From an uncultured Bacteroidales bacterium (lineage in GTDB: Bacteria; Bacteroidota; Bacteroidia; Bacteroidales; VadinHA17), in assembly GCA_963702415.1 (NCBI GenBank), contig CAVPCP010000014.1:131798-195797 (forward strand): a stretch of 64,000 bases of DNA, given 5' to 3'. The notes below the pieces were generated by a model, which worked only from the letters and a program-made list of their open reading frames with translations, had not been told where the DNA came from and searched no databases. Below, piece by piece: positions 48,820 to 58,652 of this stretch (the first letter of the stretch is position 1; each line of letters opens with the position of its first letter). Both the position numbers and the translations under genes were made by a program.

Positions 48820-49830
48820 TTACTTTTTGAGAGCTTCTGCAATTTTAGCTTTTAATTCATCATATAATTCAGGGTTATCTTTTAATATCTGTTTTACAGC
48901 GTCTCTTCCCTGACCCAGTTTTGTATCACCATAACTGAACCAGGAACCGCTTTTCTTAATAATATTAAAGTCAACGCCAAGGTCGACAATTTCACCGAGC
49001 TGGGAAATTCCTTCTCCGTAAAGAATATCAAAATCAGCTTTTCTGAAAGGTGGAGCAAGTTTGTTCTTTACAATTTTCGCCCGGGTACGGTTTCCGATTA
49101 TCTCCTCACCCTCTTTGATCTGGTTTGTTTTACGGATATCAACCCTAACTGAGGCATAGAATTTCAGAGCGTTACCTCCGGTAGTAGTTTCGGGATTGCC
49201 AAACATCACGCCGATCTTTTCCCTGAGCTGGTTAATAAATACGCATGAAGTATTTGTTTTACTGATATTTGCAGTCAGCTTACGTAAAGCCTGCGACATT
49301 AACCTTGCCTGGAGGCCCATTTTTGAATCTCCCATCTCTCCCTCAATTTCAGCCTTGGGAGTAAGTGCGGCAACAGAGTCAATAACGACAATATCGAGAG
49401 CACCTGAACGTATAAGATTATCAGTTATTTCAAGTGCCTGTTCTCCATTGTCAGGCTGGGAGATCAGAAGGTTTTCAACATCAACGCCAAGTTTTTCGGC
49501 ATAATTCCTGTCGAAGGTGTGTTCTGCATCGATTATGGCAGCTATGCCTCCGTTTTTCTGCGCTTCTGCAATGGCATGAATTGCCAGGGTGGTTTTTCCT
49601 GATGCTTCAGGTCCGTATATCTCAATGACGCGTCCTCTCGGGAATCCTCCTATTCCAAGGGCGGCATCAAGTCCGATTGAACCTGTTGATATAACCTGTA
49701 TATTTTCGATGGCAGCATGATCGCCAAGCTTCATTATTGTTCCTTTTCCAAAATCCTTTTCAATTTTGCCCAAAGTTACCTCAAGCGCTTTTAGCTTTTC
49801 CTTGTTAATCTCTTTTCTGTCGTTGCTCAT
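48820..49830 (-). CDS. recA: Recombinase RecA
   Basis: 336 aa from [17 protein letters not shown].. [11 protein letters not shown] Walker [43 protein letters not shown]. The upstream 27-aa ORF extension was rejected. Confidence 0.95.
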   Translation of the reverse strand: MSNDRKEINKEKLKALEVTLGKIEKDFGKGTIMKLGDHAAIENIQVISTGSIGLDAALGIGGFPRGRVIEIYGPEASGKTTLAIHAIAEAQKNGGIAAIIDAEHTFDRNYAEKLGVDVENLLISQPDNGEQALEITDNLIRSGALDIVVIDSVAALTPKAEIEGEMGDSKMGLQARLMSQALRKLTANISKTNTSCVFINQLREKIGVMFGNPETTTGGNALKFYASVRVDIRKTNQIKEGEEIIGNRTRAKIVKNKLAPPFRKADFDILYGEGISQLGEIVDLGVDFNIIKKSGSWFSYGDTKLGQGRDAVKQILKDNPELYDELKAKIAEALKK

Positions 49831-49843
49831 ATTACTGGTTTTA

Positions 49844-50304
49844 TTATTGATACAATTTAAATATCTGTTCTGTATGATTCTGTGTGTCAACTTTCGGAAT
49901 AATTTTTTCAATTATGCCATTTTCGTCAATTACAAATGTTGTTCTTAAAATCCCGAAATAACTTTTACCATACATTTTCTTTTCCCCGTAAACTCCATAA
50001 TCGTTCACTATTTTCTTTGAAGTATCAGCAATAAGTGGAAACGGAAGTGAATACTTTGATGCAAATCCCTTATGTGATTTTTCACTGTCAATACTGACTC
50101 CAATTACCGCAAATCCCTCTTTGTCAGCAACTCATTATTGTCGCGCAGATTGCATGCTTCAGCAGTACATCCCGGAGTATTGTCTTTGGGATAAAAATAC
50201 AATATTACTTTTTTCCCGGTATAGTCGCCTAACCTTATTGTCCTTCCATCCTGGTCAGTGCCTTCGAATAACGGGGCTTTCATTCCCTCTTTTAGCTGTA
50301 TCAT
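49844..50304 (-). pseudogene. bcp: Thioredoxin-dependent peroxiredoxin Bcp, one frameshift near 50118-50123
   Basis: ORF 50104..50304 has FYPKDNTPGCTAEAC (peroxidatic Cys). The continuation [49 protein letters not shown].. is in another frame and ends at 49844. Length 461 nt = 3n+2. Confidence 0.8.
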
Positions 50305-50461
50305 TTTATTGTTAATTTTGTAATTAGGGGTAAATTTACGAAGTTTGAACTGGTTTCTGATAAAATCAGGACAATTATTATCAACATCATCCGCCTTTTG
50401 AGCGATAGAAGATATTTAATAATAAATTGATATTTAGATAAATAAAGAAATGGTAGCTGGG

Positions 50462-52039
50462 ATGGAAATTAAAAAAAAACATTATATTATCTGGTTTTTT
50501 GATAATATTATCTGCACATCTGTCAGGCATCGATTTGTTTTCCCAGGGTGAAATAAATAAACCTTCGCGGCAGGCTGCCATGGATGCTTTCGTTAAGGCA
50601 GATTATGAAACCGCTTTCAGGGAATTCAGTATTTTGCTTCAGAATTATTCAAAAGATCCATTATATAAGTACTATTCCGGTGTATGCCTGGTAAAGATGA
50701 GCAGGAACCCAAATGATGCATCTGGTTTTCTTGAGGATGCAATTAATGGTTCCCTGGATATTAAAAGCATACCTGATGATGCCTGGTTCTACCTTGGCAG
50801 GTCGCAGCAGATGATGGGCAGATTCCCTGATGCAATTGAATCCTATAAACATTTTGAGAATAAAGCCGGAAGGAAGATAGCACGGAGTTATGGGATTGAT
50901 ACTTATATTCAGGAGTGTAACCAGGGTAAAGGGCGGCTAAAAGATTCAGGATCCGGAAAGGAGACAGCTTCAGGCAATACAGCTGCTATTGTGGTTCCGG
51001 CCAGTCAGAAAAATACGGAACCAAAGACTGTTTCACAGTCAGCGGCTAAACCGGTTCCTCAAAAGACTGATATCCCGCAGGAATACGACATGGTATTATC
51101 TGAAGCAATGAAATACCAGGTTAAAGCGGATTCCATGAATGCACTTGTTGCAGTATATAAGAAAGAATATGACAGACTTCCTCCTTCACAGAAGGATGCG
51201 GCGAAACTAAGAATTATCTGAAATGGAATTGCTTGCAGCCGAATACCAGAAGAATGCAGATGATAAATTTAGCAATTCAGGAGCTCAGACTGCAGCGGGT
51301 AAGGAAGTTGTTATCCCCGCGCCTGCGCCTTCTCAACATAACTGCGGACAAGGAGATATATTCATTATTTGACGTTGAGAAAAATCCGGCTTTGACAGGT
51401 AAGCATAGAATATCGATTGATCCGGAATTACCTGCAGGATTAATTTACCGGATCCAGATGGGAGTTTTTTCAAAACCGCTTGATCCCTCTTTCTTTAAAG
51501 GAATCTATCCTGTTACAGGCTTCAGGGTACCCGGAACAGAAGCTACAAGATATTTTGTCGGGATGTTCAGGAAGATGGATGATGCAAGCCGGGCATTGCT
51601 TACAGTTAAAGCAGATGGGATTCAAAGATTCTTTCATTACTGCTGTGCTGGATGGAAAAGCAGTCTCAATTGACAGAGCTGTACTTCTGGAGGAAGAGTG
51701 GGGTAAGAAACCATTGATAATAATTGCTCAGGCCCTGGGAACCGGCGAAACAGCTCCCTTAACCCTGAATTTCAGGGTCGAAATATCCAGACAGAAAAGC
51801 CCGTCAGTGATGAAGTTGCTGCCTCATACAAAAAGATGGCAGGTAGCCGTGGATTTGAAATATTATCAACAGACGATGGGTTCAATGTATATCTGATCGG
51901 AAAATTTATTACTTTTGAAAGTGCTTCTGAGTATGCTGACCTTTTAAAACGCAACGGTTACAGGGAATCGAAGGTTGTTGCATATCTGGGGAACAAAGAG
52001 ATACCGGTTGAAACAGCGATGGAACTTTTTGAGAAATAG
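50462..52039 (+). pseudogene. TPR-like + double SPOR-domain envelope protein, about 5 frameshifts
   Basis: Pieced from ORFs 50499..51221, 51233..51673, 51480..51896 and 51836..52039, plus a frame-1 stretch 51211..51372 and an ATG at 50462 ahead of an A9 run. SPOR-like segments LIYRIQMGVFSKPL..YFVGMFRKMDDASRALLTVKADGFKDSFI and FRVEISRQKSP..GFNVYLIGKFITFESASEYADLLKRNGYRESKVV. Confidence 0.65.
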
Positions 52040-52041
52040 AA

Positions 52042-52318
52042 ATGAAGGAAAAAACACTACGCAAAAGCAAAAAACAAAGCAGCGAAGGGGAAAAGTATAC
52101 ACTTATCCTCTATAATGACGAAATCAATACATTTGATCATGTTATTAAATCGCTGGTGGAGATATGCGGCCATGATTCTGTTCAGGCCGAACAGTGCGCT
52201 CTGATTGTGCATCTGAAAGGAAGCTGTGAAATAAAGTCAGGTATAATGGAAGTGCTTGCAGGTCATGAGCAGTTCCCTGAATGCAAAAGGGCTTAATTCC
52301 AAAGTACAAAGTCTGTAA
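52042..52318 (+). pseudogene. clpS: ATP-dependent Clp protease adaptor ClpS, one frameshift near 52255-52261
   Basis: YTLILYNDEINTFDHVIKSLVEICGHDSVQAEQCALIVHLKG is canonical ClpS. A ClpS-like C-terminus QVMSSSLNAKGLNSKVQSL* is in the next frame and ends at 52318. Confidence 0.8.
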
Positions 52319-52321
52319 CAA

Positions 52322-52362
52322 TTACCCCTAGCTCCTTGCCCCTTTCCTCCTAAAACGGGGTA
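52322..52362. repeat. Degenerate single arm related to the GC-rich element family
   Basis: TTACCCCTAGCTCCTTGCCCCTTTCCTCCTAAAACGGGGTA shares CTTGCCCCT + a pyrimidine tract with the copy B arm. Only a weak TACCCC..GGGGTA stem. Lies between convergent clpS and the anti-sigma-like gene. Confidence 0.35.
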
Positions 52363-52393
52363 GTAAGAATATTTTAAGGTCACTTCAGGTGAT

Positions 52394-52817
52394 TCAGGGG
52401 TTATTCTCTTTATGGAAAAACACGAAAAGTGCCCTGTCGAAAACAACCAGCAGAAATAATGCAGTTACTGCATATGAAACCCATCCGGGGAGACTTAAAT
52501 TCTGAAGATAATCGTTATTTATCTGGGGCAGAGTAATCTCTATATTCCGGATGTATTGCCATACTACTGAACCTGCTGAACCTCCGATTACCGGAGGGGA
52601 TAAGGATGGCAATTATGATAAATCCGGCTGTGATGGCAGCTGAAATCAGTGGTAACCGGTTTTTCAGGAAAAAACCTTTTTTCAACCCCGTTGACTGAGC
52701 TTCGATCTGAATCCTGGCCAGAGTTTTTGAAGTAAAACCTTCAGGAGCCTTCTCAATCCTTTCAGGATTTATAAATTTCCTCAGGAGATCTTCTTCGTAC
52801 TGTTCTTTCTTATTCAT
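52394..52817 (-). pseudogene. Small membrane protein downstream of an ECF sigma (putative anti-sigma factor), probably frameshifted near 52590-52612
   Basis: ORF 52515..52841 (start taken at the ATG at 52817, overlapping the sigma stop by 8 nt; one TM) overlaps ORF 52394..52612 (second TM WVSYAVTALFLLVVF) in another frame. Confidence 0.5.
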
Positions 52818-53385
52818 GGTAAAAAACATTTTTCTGTTCAACTTTCGCTATGATATCAGCCATCTTCTTCCTTGCCCTGAATAACTTTACTTTAATGCCC
52901 GACTTATTGATGCCTGTTATTTTTGAGATCTCTTCAGTGTCCAGGTCATCATAATAATAAAGTGTAATGAGGCCTCTGTCGTCTTCAGATATCTTTTGCA
53001 GTGCAAAGTTAATCAAAGAATTCCTGTAATCTTCAGCGGCCTCTTCCTCGTTTCGGTTTATGCCAAGGAAATCAACGGCATCAGCCGGAAACTCCTCAAT
53101 TGCCAGCACCCCTTTCTTCCTGCTTCTTACAAGCGATATTGAAGTATTATATACTATCCGGAACAGCCAGGTTGAGAAACTGCTTTTATTTCTGAAATTC
53201 CCGAGTGACCTGTAGGCCTTAATAAATGCATCCTGAGCTATTTCCTCAGCTTCTTCACGGTTTCCACAGATTCTGAAAGCCAGGTTGTAGGCTTTATCTT
53301 TATGCCTGTCAACAAGATATGAAAAGGCATTGATCTTTCCTTCCAGAACCTGTTCTATATAATATGTATCTTTCCTGTAATCCAT
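52810..53385 (-). CDS. ECF-type sigma-70 family factor
   Basis: Region 2 (EEAEEIAQDAFIKAYRSLGNF..FSTWLFRIVYNTSISLVR) and region 4 (DTEEISKITGINKSGIKVKLFRARKK). Confidence 0.88.
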   Translation of the reverse strand: MDYRKDTYYIEQVLEGKINAFSYLVDRHKDKAYNLAFRICGNREEAEEIAQDAFIKAYRSLGNFRNKSSFSTWLFRIVYNTSISLVRSRKKGVLAIEEFPADAVDFLGINRNEEEAAEDYRNSLINFALQKISEDDRGLITLYYYDDLDTEEISKITGINKSGIKVKLFRARKKMADIIAKVEQKNVFYHE

Positions 53386-53516
53386 TCAGCTTCTTTGACG
53401 CTCAAAATTATGGATTGGTTACGGTATTCTTGAAAAATTCTTCATGTTTTTTGTAACCAGGGGTTATATTCCTGTGTCTAAAGGGTAAAATTGAAATTTA
53501 ACAAAAACAAAAAATC

Positions 53517-53864
53517 ATGGAAACATTAATTGGATTTATTGCTTTATTTGCGACAATCTTCGGGATAATGTATGTACATTATACAACCCGCAACAAGGAA
53601 CGTCTGGCATTAATAGAAAAAGGGGCAGAAGCCAGCCTTTTCAATACAGGTAAGGAAGGACTAAAAAGTATAAGCTGGGGTAAATTCACTCTTAAACTCG
53701 GGATGCTCCTTACAGGCATAGGACTTGGAATAATTGCCGGGGCAATTCTGGAATCTGCAGCTGTTTTTCCTTCTGAAGAAGCCGGTTACTTCTCAATGAT
53801 TTTCATTTTTGGAGGACTCGCTCTGGTAATTTTCTACCTGATTGACAGGAAAACTTATAAATAG
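53517..53864 (+). CDS. Small integral membrane protein (3 TM; possibly DUF6249-like)
   Basis: 115 aa. TM1 followed by RNKERLALIEKG, then two more TM helices. The family name is from memory only. Confidence 0.6.
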   Translation: METLIGFIALFATIFGIMYVHYTTRNKERLALIEKGAEASLFNTGKEGLKSISWGKFTLKLGMLLTGIGLGIIAGAILESAAVFPSEEAGYFSMIFIFGGLALVIFYLIDRKTYK

Positions 53865-53869
53865 ATGGC

Positions 53870-53893
53870 AGGGGCGTTGCATGCAACGCCCCT
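53870..53893. repeat. Perfect 24-bp palindrome AGGGGCGTTGCATGCAACGCCCCT (likely bidirectional terminator)
   Basis: Self-complementary. Occupies most of the 33-nt gap between convergent genes. Same GTTGCATGCAAC core as 27322-27339. Confidence 0.75.
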
Positions 53894-53897
53894 ACTA

Positions 53898-55172
53898 TTA
53901 TTCTATATAGAATTCAATCATCTTCTTTAATGCCTCACGGCATACAGAACAATAGCCTTTTGGCCCGTTGGATTTCATACGGCAATCCATTTCAGGACGG
54001 AATATTCCTTTTGCCGAATACCCGCCTCCTTCGAACAGTCCGGTCACATTATTGTATTTTTCCTCGGCAGGAGTAGGAACCGGAGTCTCACTGGCTATAT
54101 TCTTCTTCCATTTTGAGTCAAAATTCACCATTGTGGTTATATTTGGCTCCCATGGTTCGACATTCAAAGGATAAAACTCATCATAAGCAACGTCAGATGA
54201 ATAATATTCATCAGCCAGACCTGCGAAACCGTGTCCGAATTCATGTATAAAGACCTTTAGTGACAGAGGATGACCTGCTGTAGTGCCGCTGTAGTAATTA
54301 TATACTCCTCCGCCTCCGTATTTATTACTGTTAATAAGGACTATGATGTTATCATGGGGTGCAAGTGCCGCGTAGTCGTTTACTGATTTAATATCCTGGG
54401 TAGTAAGATACCTGTCAGTGCCGAATGTGTAAAAGCTGGAATTCAAAGCTGTATTAAGGTAAATTCTTTCTCCCGGAATATCTGTTCCGGAATCTGATGA
54501 TACAGCTTCAACTGCCCATATATTTATCTTATCCATGTAGACGCTGAATGGATCTTCTGCAAAAAGTATATCTGCCATTTTTCTTACATCCTCCCTGAAC
54601 TTATCCATTTCATCTTTTTTATAACCCTCAGCTATAAATGCAAGATCAACGGATTTTTTCGGATCACCTGTTCCGTAGATTTTCGTAACGACAGCATTTA
54701 CAGGTTTTTCTCTTTTAATATAATAGTCATCCGGATCAATCAACGATTCATAAAGCTTTGTAAAGCTGCCGTTCCGTTCTCTCAGGCTCAGGACAAAGCG
54801 GATCTTGTTTCTGGGGTAGGGCATGGTTGCAACTTCATAAAAACTGCGGTCAATTGTTTTGGCCTCTGCTGTAGTCTGCCATTCCTGAAACAGAGTGCAG
54901 AAACCCCTTGAATATATCAACTTGTTGTCAGCAATATTAAAAACCTCATATTTAAAATTTCCATAATTAAAAGGATCAATCAGGTTATCAGGCGATCCGG
55001 CGTACCATTCTTCCTCTTTCATCCCCATGGGATATACTGTAGTTTCCTGACTGTTCCCTGCCAGCATAAAATCAAACCTCAGAGCTTTACCAGTGAAATA
55101 TTTTTCAAAATCGCTTTGCCCTGAGGATGACAATGTGCACAATATCAATATAAAAGCCATAAAAGTTCTCAT
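53898..55172 (-). CDS. M64-family (IgA-peptidase-like) metallopeptidase
   Basis: Signal peptide and the zinc motif FIHEFGHGFAGLADEY. Confidence 0.85.
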   Translation of the reverse strand: MRTFMAFILILCTLSSSGQSDFEKYFTGKALRFDFMLAGNSQETTVYPMGMKEEEWYAGSPDNLIDPFNYGNFKYEVFNIADNKLIYSRGFCTLFQEWQTTAEAKTIDRSFYEVATMPYPRNKIRFVLSLRERNGSFTKLYESLIDPDDYYIKREKPVNAVVTKIYGTGDPKKSVDLAFIAEGYKKDEMDKFREDVRKMADILFAEDPFSVYMDKINIWAVEAVSSDSGTDIPGERIYLNTALNSSFYTFGTDRYLTTQDIKSVNDYAALAPHDNIIVLINSNKYGGGGVYNYYSGTTAGHPLSLKVFIHEFGHGFAGLADEYYSSDVAYDEFYPLNVEPWEPNITTMVNFDSKWKKNIASETPVPTPAEEKYNNVTGLFEGGGYSAKGIFRPEMDCRMKSNGPKGYCSVCREALKKMIEFYIE

Positions 55173-55328
55173 TATTCAGTTGTTTTGATATCCTGCCATA
55201 AAGCTAATAATATTCATCAAAAGGATCAAGAATTTGTATACTTTTGCTCCGGGTAAAAAACAACATACGGATAACAATACAAGGAACAAATTGAAGTTTT
55301 AAGTGTTTTAAGACAAATAGTAAATACC

Positions 55329-56546
55329 ATGGCTGACCTAAGCACAAGAATAAGCGATTTTCTCTGGAAAAACCTAAATGAAAAGCACATTAACGGGAAA
55401 AAAGATCCTTTCTGGCAATCGCTTCTGGATACAGGTACTGAACTCTGGCTCGATACTGGAGATATCGATGAAGCTGAAGCAAACTGGTCGTCAGAAATGA
55501 GCGCCCTTACAACTAACAACTCTCTGCTTAACAATGAGATACAAAAAGGTATCTATGATATTTTTATTGCAGAAGCCAAACACATTGTTTATGATCTTCC
55601 TATTGAAACAAGGGTGAAGGAGATTGCTTTTATGCTTAATGCCAGACACGGGCTCAGGCTTGCATCGAAATTTGGCGGTTATGTAAGCGTTGAGCTGCAC
55701 ACCGATACTGCCCATGATATAAAGGCTATTGAATATTATGGCAGAAGATTACATGAGATTTGTCCGGACCAGTTTATTATAAAGGTTCCGTTTACGGCTG
55801 AAGGACTGATCGGAGCCAGACATTTAAAGGATGCTGGTGTGAGGACAAATATTACACTTGAATTCAGCGCTCGTCAAAACGTAATTGTTACCAGAATAGC
55901 TCGTCCTGATTATCTGAATGTTTTCCTTGGAAGGATAGGCTCTTTTCTGATGGATAATAAACTGGGTGACGGGTCAGGTGCGGGAGAAAAAACAGTTATT
56001 GCATCGCAGAACTGGGTAACGGCATTGTCGGCTGAGAATCCCTCTCAAACCAAATTAATTGCTGCAAGCCTACGTAACTACAATCAGCTTGATCTGCTTG
56101 CGGGAACTGATGTCTTTACCATGCCCCCGAAAGTGGCTGCTGCAGGACGAAAATCCTTAAGCGGGAGTTTTACGGCACATACTCACGAAAATTACGAAGT
56201 CGGCCTTTATCCAACAGCTAAAGACGCTGGGATTGAGAAATTCTGGGAGGTTGATGATAAAGTACTTGGTTTTGCACAAAGGGTTAACGGCAAGATGCCT
56301 TCAACCGGAGCTGAATTGATCCGTATTGCTCATGAAGAAGGTTGTGAAGACATTTTCCCGTCGCTGACAAAGGAGGAGAAAGCAGCTATTGCAGGTGATG
56401 GCAAGATCCCTGTTTTTTCAAAGTGGCAACACCATATTAAAGATGGTAAAATTGCTCCTGACACTCTTTTGACACTGGCCGGACTGGCTTCATTTACTGC
56501 AGATCAGGAAATGCTCGATCAGAGAATATTGAATATTATCAGCTGA
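55329..56546 (+). CDS. Transaldolase-family protein (long, 405 aa)
   Basis: WLDTGDIDEA, TTNNSLL, Schiff-base Lys context FIIKVPFTAEGL, NITLEFSARQ. Confidence 0.75.
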   Translation: MADLSTRISDFLWKNLNEKHINGKKDPFWQSLLDTGTELWLDTGDIDEAEANWSSEMSALTTNNSLLNNEIQKGIYDIFIAEAKHIVYDLPIETRVKEIAFMLNARHGLRLASKFGGYVSVELHTDTAHDIKAIEYYGRRLHEICPDQFIIKVPFTAEGLIGARHLKDAGVRTNITLEFSARQNVIVTRIARPDYLNVFLGRIGSFLMDNKLGDGSGAGEKTVIASQNWVTALSAENPSQTKLIAASLRNYNQLDLLAGTDVFTMPPKVAAAGRKSLSGSFTAHTHENYEVGLYPTAKDAGIEKFWEVDDKVLGFAQRVNGKMPSTGAELIRIAHEEGCEDIFPSLTKEEKAAIAGDGKIPVFSKWQHHIKDGKIAPDTLLTLAGLASFTADQEMLDQRILNIIS

Positions 56547-57287
56547 TCAGAGTGATCGCTGCCGGGCAATCTCATATAAAAGAATTCCGGCTGCAACTGA
56601 AACATTAAGGGAAGCCAAATCTCCTGTCATCGGGATACTGACCTGATGATCAGAAACAGATAATAATTCACGGCTTATCCCTTTGTCTTCTGATCCTACT
56701 ATCAGCACTAACGGACCTTTTAAATTCAATCTGGACAGGTCCGAACCCGATTTTTCAGTTGCGGCAGCTACTTTCAGTCCTGACTCTTTCAGATACTCAA
56801 TTGAACGCAAAATACTCTTCTCCCTGCAGACCGGGAATGAATGCAAAGCACCGGCTGATGTCTTTACAGCATCAGCAGTGATCCTTGCCGATCCTTTCTC
56901 AGGAATAAGGACAGCATGTGCACCAAGGCAGTCTGCGCTTCGAACTATTGCTCCAAAATTCCTGACGTCTGATACACCGTCAAGAGCAACAATAAGGGGA
57001 TCTTCTCCTTTTTCAAAAATCATGGGTAAGAGGTTGGTGATCGATTGATACTCTATCAGCGAAAGCCATGCTAATACCCCCTGATGATTTTTTCGGGTAA
57101 CCAGCTCAATGCGTTCCAGCGGTACTATCTGATAAGCAATATTGTGTTTTCTCACCTCAAGCATGAGCTCATGATATAATGGACCCTGTAAGCCTTGTTT
57201 TACCAGCAGGCGGTCGATTTGCTTACCTGCTGTTATGGCTTCAATTACCGGCCTTAGGCCAAATATGCAATCTGATTCTTTTATCAT
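56547..57287 (-). CDS. rlmB: 23S rRNA (guanosine2251-2'-O)-methyltransferase, SpoU/TrmH family
   Basis: N-terminal substrate-binding domain (IFGLRPVIEAI..). SpoU motifs (DGVSDVRNFGAIVRSA, LIVGSEDKGIS, IPMTGDLASLNVSVAAGILLYE). Confidence 0.88.
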   Translation of the reverse strand: MIKESDCIFGLRPVIEAITAGKQIDRLLVKQGLQGPLYHELMLEVRKHNIAYQIVPLERIELVTRKNHQGVLAWLSLIEYQSITNLLPMIFEKGEDPLIVALDGVSDVRNFGAIVRSADCLGAHAVLIPEKGSARITADAVKTSAGALHSFPVCREKSILRSIEYLKESGLKVAAATEKSGSDLSRLNLKGPLVLIVGSEDKGISRELLSVSDHQVSIPMTGDLASLNVSVAAGILLYEIARQRSL

Positions 57288-57292
57288 AATGA

Positions 57293-58633
57293 TTAAAACT
57301 CCTCCGGATTATCAAGTCTGAAAACTATGCCATTTCTCCAGCTCAAAACAGCTTTATCCCAATAAGTTACAAGTGTCTCACTTCTGCTGAGGTAATAATC
57401 ATTGTCAGAGAATTTGTTCTCCCTGAATTTGAAGTTGAAAAACAGATAATCTTCCTCAAGATGGTAACCGCCTCCCCAGGAAGATTTAATGACAGGTTTC
57501 CGGTATCCCCATCTTTCCCCGTCAGAACTCTTGTAGACTTTATCAGGGGGGCCATAAATTGTATAGATCATCCCTCTTTCAGTTCTCCAGCCTTCCTTAT
57601 AGGATGTGAAATAGAAGTTCGAATATAAGATCCTGGTATAATATATACGTATTAATTCTCTCGATTTTTCAATATTCCCCCCGCACCTTATCCAGAATTC
57701 GTCAAGAGCCACTTTTGGCCTGGGAGCAGAACGCATGTTTGAAAGTTCTTCTTCCGAAGCCAGGAAAACCAGCGGTTCTATCATTTCCGTGGGATCTGTC
57801 ATTGAAGGGAAGGTCTCACCAAAATTGAAAAATGTGTAACCTTCATCCGTTTTTCTGTCCACTGAACAGAAATAAACCCCCTTTTTTGGTAACATTATCG
57901 GCAATGTATCAGAATATGCAAAAGCAATAATTGTATCGGCCGGATAGTCGATGGTTATATCCGGCAGCATCATGGAAGGAGGATAGGGTGGCACCTGCAG
58001 GGGTTTATAGAATGAAATAAAAAGACTATCACTTGATTTCAGGGGATAAAGAAGATTGACATATTCATTGACCCTCACAACAGGGTTGAAAAGCTCATTA
58101 TTTCTAAAATGCCCGCGGGCAATAAAATTATAACGGTTTGTATATGAACGGGTGTTGAAGGATAGAAACTGCTGAATAACTTCAGTTCTGAGCTGGTCGA
58201 GCAGTTTGACTTCTGCAACATAATTTTCACCATGTTCCACTTTCATTGGCAATCTGTAAACATATTCCTGGCGCGATGGCTCTTTAACAATATCTGCATC
58301 AAGGAAGGTAGTGTCAGCAAGGTTCACTCCATTTGTTGTATTGTACAATTTTACAGTGATCAAAATTTGTGCTAACGGCACTCCCTGAGGATTTGCCTCT
58401 GAAAAGAGCAGGTCGGCAGCGAACAGTTTTACCGACAGGACCGATTTTTCATCAGACTCGTTAAAGACACTGAAACGGGGTTTTATGGAGCTTTTTGTAG
58501 GATTATACAAATAAGAAAGATCCTTTACATCGACGACAGCTTTCTGAGTTGTCTTGCATGATGCCAGTACAATACAGATCAATCCGGTAAGCAACATCAG
58601 GCTGCAATTTCTTATGGAACTTTTCCGGTTCAT
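57293..58633 (-). CDS. GWxTD domain-containing lipoprotein
   Basis: Lipobox LASC. C-terminal GWRTERGMIYTIYGPPDKV..GERWGY (GWxTD signature). Confidence 0.85.
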   Translation of the reverse strand: MNRKSSIRNCSLMLLTGLICIVLASCKTTQKAVVDVKDLSYLYNPTKSSIKPRFSVFNESDEKSVLSVKLFAADLLFSEANPQGVPLAQILITVKLYNTTNGVNLADTTFLDADIVKEPSRQEYVYRLPMKVEHGENYVAEVKLLDQLRTEVIQQFLSFNTRSYTNRYNFIARGHFRNNELFNPVVRVNEYVNLLYPLKSSDSLFISFYKPLQVPPYPPSMMLPDITIDYPADTIIAFAYSDTLPIMLPKKGVYFCSVDRKTDEGYTFFNFGETFPSMTDPTEMIEPLVFLASEEELSNMRSAPRPKVALDEFWIRCGGNIEKSRELIRIYYTRILYSNFYFTSYKEGWRTERGMIYTIYGPPDKVYKSSDGERWGYRKPVIKSSWGGGYHLEEDYLFFNFKFRENKFSDNDYYLSRSETLVTYWDKAVLSWRNGIVFRLDNPEEF

Positions 58634-58652
58634 GATATTATAATATTAATTT

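Noticed and set aside
52042-52296. clpS called as a complete 84-aa ORF ending ..AGHEQFPECKRA.
   Set aside because: That tail is unlike ClpS. The next frame gives a ClpS-like amphipathic C-terminus (QVMSSSLNAKGLNSKVQSL*), so I treat the gene as frameshifted and extending to 52318.
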